Positions 28,701-37,400 of a stretch of 43,912 nucleotides of DNA are shown here, in pieces. The DNA comes from Pseudomonadota bacterium. Lineage in GTDB: Bacteria > Desulfobacterota > Desulfobacteria > Desulfobacterales > JBDRRP01. Under the pieces are notes generated by a model, which was given only the letters and a program-made list of their open reading frames with translations, searched no databases and was not told where the DNA came from. Position 1 is the stretch's first letter, and each line of letters begins with the position of its first letter. Made by a program: the position numbers and the translations under genes. The stretch covers positions 1 to 43,912 of the forward strand of contig JBDRRP010000089.1 in the NCBI GenBank assembly GCA_043825735.1, given 5' to 3'.

Positions 28701-28778
28701 CCTGTCCGCCGATGCCGTGTGGCGGACCTGTCCGCCGATGCCGTGTGGCGGACCTGTCCGCCGATGGGGTGTGGCGGA
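28701..28778. repeat. Three tandem 26-bp hairpins CCTGTCCGCCGATGCCGTGTGGCGGA
   Basis: Units at 28701, 28727 and 28753; the third has two substitutions. Confidence 0.95.
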
Positions 28779-28827
28779 CACCACCCGGTGCAACCTTTTT
28801 TTGGTAGATAAGCACGAAAAAATTTTA

Positions 28828-29107
28828 CCGCTTATCCAGGAAGCTCAAGCCACAACCGGATGCCATTGCAATCGGAAAAAATCATATCACTGCGAAGTTC
28901 ACGGAGCACACGGGGGTTTTTGAACCCAAAAAGATGTTCTCGCGCAGAGGCGCGGAGACGCAGAGAACTGCGGGCAATTGAATTGCGCGAGTGCTTTTCC
29001 CTGCGCCTCTGCGGGAGATATGAATTATAAGATCTCCGTGCCCTCCATGACTCCGTGGTTCAACATCACTGTGGGAAGAGATCTACTGGAGCATTATGCA
29101 TAACCGC
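28828..29107. mobile_element. About 280-bp MITE-like element with CCGCTT-type ends, copy B
   Basis: Homolog of 5652-5941; ends CCGCTTATCCAGGAAGCTCAAG and CTGGAGCATTATGCATAACCGC. Confidence 0.8.
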
Positions 29108-29145
29108 CACATCTGACTGCGGGCACTCTTCAAAGGAAACACAAC

Positions 29146-30189
29146 ATGACAAACGCCAAGTATTTCTTCCCATTCCGGCCAGGTCGGATCATCGCCGCCG
29201 CCCTTGTTTTACTTCTCATCAGCCCCTTAGCGGCAGTGGCGCGGGAAGCGTCAGATGCAAAGACATTGCAGCAGGTGGTCGCGGCAGCGCACGAGCAGTT
29301 CAAGGATTTGAAAGACGGGGCGAACGCCGACTACATACCGGAACTGGCCAAGGTGCCTTCGGAATTGTTCGGTGTCGTGATTGTCACGGCTGGTGGAGGA
29401 GTATACGCGGCCGGCGATGTAGACACCCGTTTCGCCATCGAGTCCGTGTCCAAACCCTTCACGGCTGCGCTGGTCATGCAAGCACACGGGGACGCCAATG
29501 TCCTTGTCGAGAAGATCGGTGTCGAACCCACCGGCCAGCCCTTCAATTCGATCTTGGCCATGGAAATCCTGCCGGCGCGATCGGTCAATCCGCTGGTCAA
29601 CGCCGGGGCCATAGCGTCCGTGAGTCTCGTGCCGGCCGAAACCCCGGCGGCGCGGTTTGCAAAGATCACGGATTTTTTCCAGCAGATGGCCGCGGCCGAG
29701 CTGACGGTGATGGACAGTGTGTACCGCTCGGAAGCCGCCACCAACCAGGGCAACCGGGCCATCGCCTATCTGCTCCAGAAATACGGCCGCATATATTCCG
29801 ATCCCATGGCGGCGCTGGACGTCTACACGCGGCAATGCTCCATCGGGGTGACGGCCCGGCAACTGGCCGTGATGGGTGCCACGCTGGCCAATGGCGGCGT
29901 CAATCCGATGAGTGGAAAACGGGTGCTGGAACAGCGGTACGTGCCCAAGGTGCTGGCCATCATGATGACGGCCGGATTCTACGATGAGTCGGGCCTGTGG
30001 GCATTCACAGCGGGCCTGCCGGCAAAGACCGGCGTGGGGGGCGGCATCGTGGCTGTGGCTCCCGGTCAGATGGCCATTGTCGGTTTCTCACCGCGTCTGG
30101 ATGCGGCCGGCAACAGCGTTCGGGCCATGAAGGCCATCCAGGCCATCAGTGCGCGTCTCGGGCTGAACCTTTTCGGTAGCGACCGGTAG
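29146..30189 (+). CDS. glsA: Glutaminase A with predicted signal peptide
   Basis: ADYIPELA, FAIESVSK (SxxK), NPLVNAGAI, PAKTGVGGGI, GNSVR. Confidence 0.93.
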   Translation: MTNAKYFFPFRPGRIIAAALVLLLISPLAAVAREASDAKTLQQVVAAAHEQFKDLKDGANADYIPELAKVPSELFGVVIVTAGGGVYAAGDVDTRFAIESVSKPFTAALVMQAHGDANVLVEKIGVEPTGQPFNSILAMEILPARSVNPLVNAGAIASVSLVPAETPAARFAKITDFFQQMAAAELTVMDSVYRSEAATNQGNRAIAYLLQKYGRIYSDPMAALDVYTRQCSIGVTARQLAVMGATLANGGVNPMSGKRVLEQRYVPKVLAIMMTAGFYDESGLWAFTAGLPAKTGVGGGIVAVAPGQMAIVGFSPRLDAAGNSVRAMKAIQAISARLGLNLFGSDR

Positions 30190-30230
30190 CGCAGGTGTGA
30201 GGCGCACTCTCTACTGGCGATGAGCTAAGG

Positions 30231-30365
30231 TTGATGAACCGGTAAAAAGTCGGAATCTCTCGCAAAGCCGCAAAGATCGCAAAGCTAAAAAATTGATATT
30301 AAAAATGTTTTTCTTGGCGCACTTGGCGTCTTTGCGAGAAAATTGCTTTTTTACGGCGCCATCAA
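30231..30365. mobile_element. Intact MITE-like shell with CGCAAAG-type hairpin cargo
   Basis: Ends TTGATGAACCGGTAAAAAG / CTTTTTTACGGCGCCATCAA. Confidence 0.8.
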
Positions 30366-30384
30366 GGCTGTCCTTAGTCGGTTG

Positions 30385-31107
30385 TCACTTTTTACGGGAC
30401 CGCTCGTAGACGCTGTCGATCTGGTGGTTCCCGCCACTGGCGGCCGCTACCGCCAACTGATCGCAGCGCTCGTTGCCGGGATTTCCGGCATGGCCTTTGA
30501 CCCAGACGAACTGAACGTCGTGGGTATCGCAAAGATCGAGCAACCGCTCCCACAGATCCGGGTTGAGCGCCGGCGCGCCGTCTGATTTTTTCCAGCCGCG
30601 GCGTCGCCACCCACGGGCCCAGTTTTTGGTGACGCCGTTGATGACGTACTGGGAATCGCTGTAGAGAGCCACCGCGCTGGGCTCCTTAAGCGCATCCAGT
30701 CCGGTGATGCAGGCGAGCAGCTCCATCCGGTTGTTGGTGGTATGCCGGAAACCGGCCGAAAGCTCCCGGCGGCCGCCGGCATCCTCGATGATCACGCCGT
30801 AGCCGCCCGGTCCCGGATTGTTCAGCGCACTGCCGTCGGTGTAAATAACGATGCGATCGCCGGAGTGCGCCGGTGCGCTCGATGATTGCACCGGCGGCGC
30901 GTCGGCAGCAGCGGTTGGGGGCCGTTTGCGATACCAGGGCGGATTCGCCATGAACGCTTCGGCCTCAGCCAGGGTGACAAAACCTTTATAGACGGCGCCG
31001 GCGAATCCTTCCACCTGTACATGGGCGCCGTCAGCGCCGAACCACTGGCGATAGATGCCGGGCTTGCGACCAGCGGCGACCGCATAAAAATTCTTCTTTG
31101 GTGCCAT
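30385..31107 (-). CDS. rnhA: Ribonuclease HI with N-terminal hybrid-binding (viroplasmin-like) domain
   Basis: FYAVAAGRKPGIY; IYTDGS, TTNNRMEL, SDSQY, WVKGHAG, NERCD. Confidence 0.95.
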   Translation of the reverse strand: MAPKKNFYAVAAGRKPGIYRQWFGADGAHVQVEGFAGAVYKGFVTLAEAEAFMANPPWYRKRPPTAAADAPPVQSSSAPAHSGDRIVIYTDGSALNNPGPGGYGVIIEDAGGRRELSAGFRHTTNNRMELLACITGLDALKEPSAVALYSDSQYVINGVTKNWARGWRRRGWKKSDGAPALNPDLWERLLDLCDTHDVQFVWVKGHAGNPGNERCDQLAVAAASGGNHQIDSVYERSRKK

Positions 31108-31109
31108 TT

Positions 31110-31203
31110 GAGTTCCTCCGTGCCCTCCGTGACTCCGTGGTGATCAAAATGTCATCTGGGACACTGGCCTTTGACGCAAAACTTGAGCTTTATAGATAAG
31201 CGG
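31110..31203 (-). mobile_element. Half copy of a CCGCTT-type MITE abutting the rnhA start
   Basis: Minus strand reads CCGCTTATCTATAAAGCTCAAG, then about 39 nt, then CACGGAG x3; same layout as 5652 and 28828. Confidence 0.7.
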
Positions 31204-31220
31204 ATACGTTTATTTGGCGT

Positions 31221-31401
31221 ATAGAGTCATTGTCAGAATAATGTTCCGTTTCATCCCTGAGACCCTCTCGGGGTCGGGATCGCTATCGGGATCGAAATCG
31301 ATGTGTTCCAAGGCCGATAGCGATACCGATAGCGATTTCGATTTGCGATGCTCACACGGCGGTGTTGTGCAAACGGAACGTATTTATGTCAATAGCTCTA
31401 T
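31221..31401. mobile_element. MITE-like element with ATAGAG..CTCTAT ends and ATCGGG/CCGAT hexamer hairpin cargo
   Basis: Imperfect inverted ends ATAGAGTCATTGTCAGAATA / TATTTATGTCAATAGCTCTAT; cargo related to 12206-12387. Confidence 0.55.
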
Positions 31402-31772
31402 TACGGGATTCTTTTTTTGAGGGACCCGATCCGCTCTCTGGCAGCGAGCGTTTCATGGCTGGGGGCCCCGCCGGGGCTGCTTTCCTGGTCGCGGGCCATC
31501 CAGTGCCGGAGATACGTTTCCCACGCCGACAGCGCCTCCGGCAGGCGGTCCGCCGCCCGGATGGCGTTTTTCCGGGCCTTTTCACCGGCCACCGCCATGG
31601 TCTCGCCCTCGCCCATCACGTATTCGCCCTCGGCGGTGAGGGTGAGCGTTTCGGCCCACGCCGCCGGGCCCCATGAAAGCACCCACAAGATAGCCATCGC
31701 GATTGTCATCGGCCGGCTTCGACTCATCGTTTCAACCCCTCTTTTTCTGGGTGCGTCGTCTTTGGTCATCAT
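31401..31772 (-). pseudogene. Exported protein, probably an internally deleted TPR-type protein
   Basis: Signal peptide, then AEGEYVMGEGETMAVAGEKARKNAIRAA joined to a TPR-like cap DRLPEALSAWETYL; ATGA overlap with the upstream gene; alternative start 31727. Confidence 0.5.
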
Positions 31773-33529
31773 TTTCCCACCAGTCTGATAAACTCGGGGC
31801 GGCTCCGGAGCGGATCGAACAGCACCTCTTTTTGCGCCGCGGTTGCGTAAAACGGATCGCGTCGTATCGCCTGCTCCAGATCCGCGATGGCCTTTGGCAA
31901 ATCGCTTTCCTGCGCATAGAGCAGGGCCCGGTAGTAATACGCTTTTGAGGGCCAGTCGTAACCGAGCGCGATGGCCGCGTTGTAGTCCCTGATGGCAGGA
32001 TCGCGCCGGCCCAGTTTGAAATACGAAAACCCCCGCTGAACGGTGGCCTCGAAATCGGGCCTCAGTTTGACGGCCTTGTCGAAATCGGCGATGGCCTCCG
32101 AATGCCTGCCGGATTCGGAATAATACATGGCCCGGTCCATATAGGCGGATTGGCTGTCCGGCGCCAGCTTGATGTGGGTGCCGTAATCGCGGAGCGCCAG
32201 CGCCGGCTGGCCGATCTTGGCGTACAATCGCGCCCTGGAGCGGTATATGTAATGGTGCTCGGGCGCCAGCGCGAGCATCTTGCTGTAATCGTCGATCGCC
32301 AGTTCGTTTTGGCCGATGCTTTCATAAACCTGCGCCCGGTGCATGTACGTGGAATACTCCTTCGGATCCACTGCAATGGCACGGGTGAAATCGTCGATGG
32401 CGCGCGCCGGGTCGCGGTTTATCAGACAAATGCCCCGTAAAATATAATTGTGGACGTATGTCGGGGCGAGGGCGATGGCGCGGCTGAAGTCATTGAAGGC
32501 CAGATCGACGTCGTTTAGCGCGACATGGGCGCTGCCGCGGGTGGAGAATTTTTCACTGTCGCCGGGGTCCAGTTCGATGGCGCGGCTCAGATCCTCAACC
32601 GCGTGACGGTAATACGCTGCGTCGCCCATTGCCACGGCAAAGTAATACCGCCCGCGATCGTTATAGGCGCTCGCGCTTTCCTTGATTCCGGCGGCCGTTT
32701 CGATGGCCTTGCCGAATGCCTCGATCGCCAGATCGTGTTTTTCCAACTCTCTGTATGTCCATGCCCGGATGAGGTAGGCTTCCGAATCAGTGGCCGGCAT
32801 CGAGAGCAACGTATTGAAATCCCGCATCGCCGGCGTTTTGTCGCTGATCAGCGCCCGTGCGAAATACGCCATGGCGTTGTCCGGGTCCAGTTCGATCGCG
32901 CGGCTGTAATTTTCGATCGCCGCCTTGAAATCGCCCCGATTTTTGGCGGCGTAGCCTTTTTCGAGCCAGTCGGCCGCCGACAGCGCTTTGACCGACTTGT
33001 CGTAGGCGGCCTTCCGGGTGTCCCGGTTTTCATTTTTCGCCGAAGCCAGTTCCTGCCGCAGCCGCTCGTTTTCCAACAGCAGCGCGTCCGATTTCCGCCG
33101 GATGCTTTCCAGCGCCAGGGTCTTTTCGCGGTCTTTGCGCAGCGCGTTGATTGACTGGAGCACCTGATCGGCATCGGCCGTTATCTTCGATTTGATCCAG
33201 TAAACGCGGCCGTCCCATTTGTCTTCGATGATTTCCACCTGGACGATGCCGGCCGTCAGGGTGGTGATCTGCTCGCGGGTGAGCTGAAAGTCCGCGACCG
33301 CCGTCTCGCTTTCGAGGTAGGTCCCCAGCTCTTCGAGAAGAAGCCTTTTCACTTCCCGAAGGGCGATGACCCGGCTCGAGTTCCGACTGTCGTCCTCGCT
33401 CGCCTGGTAGGCGTATTCCTTGATGAAGGTTTTGGCCCCGGCAAGCGCCGGCGCGGCGATCGCGGCCATGACGAAAACAACGCCCAGACAGACCCGGATA
33501 AAGTGGCATATTTCTTTATGCCTGAACAT
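31769..33529 (-). CDS. Exported tetratricopeptide repeat protein
   Basis: Signal peptide (ALA-G), N-terminal alpha/beta domain and coiled coil, about 10 TPR units (A..Y..R...Y......A..D...AI.L.P); SD GGAGG. Confidence 0.9.
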   Translation of the reverse strand: MFRHKEICHFIRVCLGVVFVMAAIAAPALAGAKTFIKEYAYQASEDDSRNSSRVIALREVKRLLLEELGTYLESETAVADFQLTREQITTLTAGIVQVEIIEDKWDGRVYWIKSKITADADQVLQSINALRKDREKTLALESIRRKSDALLLENERLRQELASAKNENRDTRKAAYDKSVKALSAADWLEKGYAAKNRGDFKAAIENYSRAIELDPDNAMAYFARALISDKTPAMRDFNTLLSMPATDSEAYLIRAWTYRELEKHDLAIEAFGKAIETAAGIKESASAYNDRGRYYFAVAMGDAAYYRHAVEDLSRAIELDPGDSEKFSTRGSAHVALNDVDLAFNDFSRAIALAPTYVHNYILRGICLINRDPARAIDDFTRAIAVDPKEYSTYMHRAQVYESIGQNELAIDDYSKMLALAPEHHYIYRSRARLYAKIGQPALALRDYGTHIKLAPDSQSAYMDRAMYYSESGRHSEAIADFDKAVKLRPDFEATVQRGFSYFKLGRRDPAIRDYNAAIALGYDWPSKAYYYRALLYAQESDLPKAIADLEQAIRRDPFYATAAQKEVLFDPLRSRPEFIRLVGK

Positions 33530-33582
33530 GTCGCCTCCGATTGTATTTCTGCATAAAAACGTTGATGCGCTATCAGCGCGTT

Positions 33583-34407
33583 TCAGTCATTAAAGCCCGC
33601 GCTTGCCCCGGTAATCCGCCCTGCGTCATGGAAGACGCGGCAGTGATGGCGCCCCATGCCGCTTTTCGGCACGATCAGCGCAGACCCGGCGCCGTTGATA
33701 ATTCTGTAATCGTTTTCGGAAATGCGCGACCAGTAATCTTCCAGCGGCATTCCTGCTTCGGCCCGGTTGCATGCATCGGCCGCCATGCGTTTTGCCCGGC
33801 CGAGATCAAAGGCAACGTAACCGGCGAGCAGGGATGCCATCACTGCGATGATCCCGATGGCGCTGCGCGTGCGATGGCCGCGATTTTCGGACCGGCCCGG
33901 GCCGGCGGCCGCTGGCGCTGAAAATATTTTCCGCGCGGTCTTTCGAAAAAGATAATAGGTCCCGAGGGCGCCGATGATCGCCAGCAGCGGGGCGCCTTTG
34001 TCATCTTCGAAAAAAGGGGCGAAGGGCAACGCCAAAAAGGAAAAAAACAGCACTGCGGAGACGGCTCTGGCCCAGCGCGCGAAGCGGATCAACCCGATCC
34101 CGGCGGCCGCCACGGCAAGAACGGAAAGCCCGGCAATGGCTGCCGCGGGCATTCCGCCCTTTGAAATCTCTCCGATATTGACGATGACGATCAGGGCGAA
34201 AGCCAGCAGGAGAAAGCCGAGCATGCGGATTGAGCGATACGCGTGATGCGCGTCCTTGAGCTGTTTTTTCTCCTCCCGGGTCACCCACCGGCCGTGGAAA
34301 AGCAGCCGCTTTTCGGCCTTGGCGCCTTCGGCGGTCATGCCATCCCGGGCGATGCCCCAGTCCGTGTTGATCAACAGATCCGTGCGAGCGGGCTGATATT
34401 TTTTCAC
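33583..34407 (-). CDS. Hypothetical integral membrane protein (about 5 TM, small C-terminal Cys-pair domain)
   Basis: GTG start 4 nt after the caspase gene stop; hydrophobic segments visible. Confidence 0.7.
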   Translation of the reverse strand: MKKYQPARTDLLINTDWGIARDGMTAEGAKAEKRLLFHGRWVTREEKKQLKDAHHAYRSIRMLGFLLLAFALIVIVNIGEISKGGMPAAAIAGLSVLAVAAAGIGLIRFARWARAVSAVLFFSFLALPFAPFFEDDKGAPLLAIIGALGTYYLFRKTARKIFSAPAAAGPGRSENRGHRTRSAIGIIAVMASLLAGYVAFDLGRAKRMAADACNRAEAGMPLEDYWSRISENDYRIINGAGSALIVPKSGMGRHHCRVFHDAGRITGASAGFND

Positions 34408-34411
34408 CGAA

Positions 34412-37400
34412 TCACTGCACCTTTCCGATGGGAAAAGCCTGTCCGCTGATGGAGATGGTCGGGTACTGCGCGCGCTTGAACACTTTTTCGGCCAGCACGG
34501 GCACTTCGCTGTCCACATAATCGGCCAGTTCGGTGGTTTTGATGTATCCGCTGTTTCCTTTGTCGGCCTTGCCGGTCAACCCTTCGACCAAAACATAGGT
34601 GAACAGGCCGTGCCCTTGATATCCCTCCAGCGCCTCCTGAACGGAGGTGGACGCGGAAAGGATGGTGGAGCCCACGGCGCGGCTCAATATCTTCAGCGCC
34701 GTGTCCTCGCTCATGCCGCGGGTCATCATCGCCACCTGCAGGGCCTCGCCCAGGGCGCCCGCGTTGCAGGTGTCGATGATGATGAGCTTTTTGGTTGCCG
34801 GGATATTGGCGATGGCCTCCTTGAGCATGTTCTGGCCGATGGCGTCGGTTTTTAGCTTTTCCGTTCTCAGTGAGCCCACATTGGAGGTGATGAGAAAATA
34901 TTCGCCGTCATCGACCGTACCGTGGCTGGCGATGTAAAAAACAAAAAAATCGTCCGGTCGCAAAGACTGGAAGGACTGTATTTCACGAATAATCGACAGG
35001 TTTGTAGTGGCTTCCATTGTGGTGAGCGTGCGGATGTTGACCTTGTCGAAAATGCCTTTGGACACGTTTTCAAGGGTTGCCGCAAACAGCGCCGCGTCGG
35101 CCACGGGGTATTTCAGCGTGAGCTTTGGATTTTTGAATGCGTTGATGCCGATCACCAGGGCTGACAGAGACGGTTTGCCCGCGGCGGCATACGTTGCCGT
35201 CACCGTCAGCCTCGCCGCGTTGCTCTGCATGGTGTTCTCGGCGTTGAACGCCGTGGCGGCGATGGCATTGGTGCCGCCGGTGAGCTTCAGGGTGTATTTT
35301 TTGACAAGTGCGCCGGTATCCTTGGCGACCACCGCCACCGCGCGGCTGTCCATGACCACCGCGGTGCCGTTGAGATAGAGGCGGATATCGCCGATGCCAC
35401 CGCCGTTGTCGGTGAGCCGCAGGCTCACCGTCACCGTGTCCGAGGCAACGGCTGTGGGCGTGTCCACAAAGGTTACCGTGGGGGGCTGCTTCACCTCGGC
35501 CAGCGTCCTGTAATCCTTCAGGGACCCGCCCGATAGGGCCACCGTCACCAGGTCCGGCCTAAAGAATGCCTCGCGGTAGTTGTCGATGCCGTAGACGGCG
35601 TTTGCGATGCGCACGTTCAGATATTTATCGGCATTGGCCGAAGCGCTGTAGTAGCCTTCCGGGGTGATGACGATCCATTCGCCGTCGCTGAAATTGATGA
35701 ACTGGGCGATCTGTTTGCCGGTGGCGGCGTTCCACTGGCGCACCGTGCCGTCAGATCCCGCCGTGAACACGTATCGCCCCTCGCCCGGGCACGCGACATT
35801 ACTGACAAAGCCGGCGTGCCCTTCGAGGGTCTGCACTTCCCGGCCCGAAGGCAGCTCCCAGATCTTCACCTCGGAGCCGCCGGTGACGAGGTGCCGCCCG
35901 TCGGGATAGAACGCGGCGGCCCGGATCGTCTTGTTGTAGCCGCCGAAATTGCGCAACTCCCTACCGCTGGCCGCATCCCACAATTTGAGCGTGTCGGTGG
36001 AAGAATAATACTCCGTACCGGTTGCGATGGTCTTCCCGTCGGGTGAGAAACCGACGACGGAAAGATTCATGCCCCCGGGATCAACGGTCCACAGGCTCCG
36101 CCCGGTTCTGGGGTCCCACAGGGTCAGGCGCCCCTTCAGGTCGCCCGTGGCCAGGGCGCGGCCGTCAGGGGAGAAGGCAACCCCCATCGCGAACGTGCCG
36201 GGCAGCGGCAGCGTGCGGATTTCCCGCATCGCGCTCAGGTCCATGAGCATGATGTTGCTCTTTCCGCCGCTCGCCGCGGTTCTGCCGTCGGCGGAGACCG
36301 CCACGTCATAGACGTGCGACATGCCCTGCTCGTTATCGGGCTGAGTGAAGGTTTTTACCAAGGCGTCGGTTCCGGCATCCCAGACCTTTACGGTCTCATC
36401 CTCCCCGGTGAGATAATATTTCCCCTGCGGCGAGAATGTCATCGCGCTGATCTGATCCTCGTGCTGCAGGCTGCGCAGCTTCTTTCCCGTCTGCGTGTCC
36501 CAGAGCGTGCAGGCTTTTTTCTCATCGCCCGCCAGCGCGTAGCGCCCGTCCCTGGATAGCGCCATGGCGGTCAGGGAATACATCGTCCCGCCTAAAGTGT
36601 GCACCAGCGCATCGCCGGTTTTGGAACTGTCCCAGAGCGTGATGATGCCGGTTCCGTATCCGGATAGCACCAGCCTGCCGCCCGGGCAAAAGACCTGACT
36701 GCGCACCGACCCGTAGAAGTCGTTTCTTCCGTTGGAGAAATTTTCCTTCCGTACGACGCTCCCCGTTTCCGCCTCCCAGAGTCTCACGGTATAGTTTTTG
36801 CCGCCGGACACGATAAGCTTGGAATCCGGTGAAAAAGCCAGCGCCGACTGATACCGTTCGTCTTCCGCGTCCACCTCGAATGTTCTGACCTCGCGGCCGG
36901 TCTGAATATCGAGCAACGCAAAGTATTCTGACATTCCCATGAGCACGTAGCGGCCGTTCGGGGAAAAGACGGCGCTCTTGATTTCCTTTTGCTGTTCGCC
37001 GAAGGTGCGCGCAACCCGTCCCGACGGGATATCCACCACCGAGAACCCCGACTTCTGGCCCACCGCGATCTGTGCGCCCCCGGCAAGGAACATCAGACCG
37101 AGGACTTGCCCCTTGAAATCGTCCTTGAGCACGCGCTGCGTTCCGGTGTTGATGTCCCACAGTGTCACCGTTCCGTTGTAATTGCCCGAAACCAGCTGGC
37201 CTTCGGGGGAAAAGGCAACGGCCAGAACGGCGTTGGCTTCACTGAATGTCGCGGTGGCGAGGCCGTTGTCGATGTCCCAGAGCCTGAGGGTTCTGTCATC
37301 GCTGGCAGAGGCCGCCACCCTGCCGTCAGGGGAGACGGCAATGGCGTTGATCGTCTTCGTGTGCCCCCGGAACGTTTTCATTTCCCTTCCGGTGGCCAGA

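Noticed and set aside
28701..28778. Mini CRISPR array
   Set aside because: The 26-bp units abut with no spacers, and there are no cas genes.
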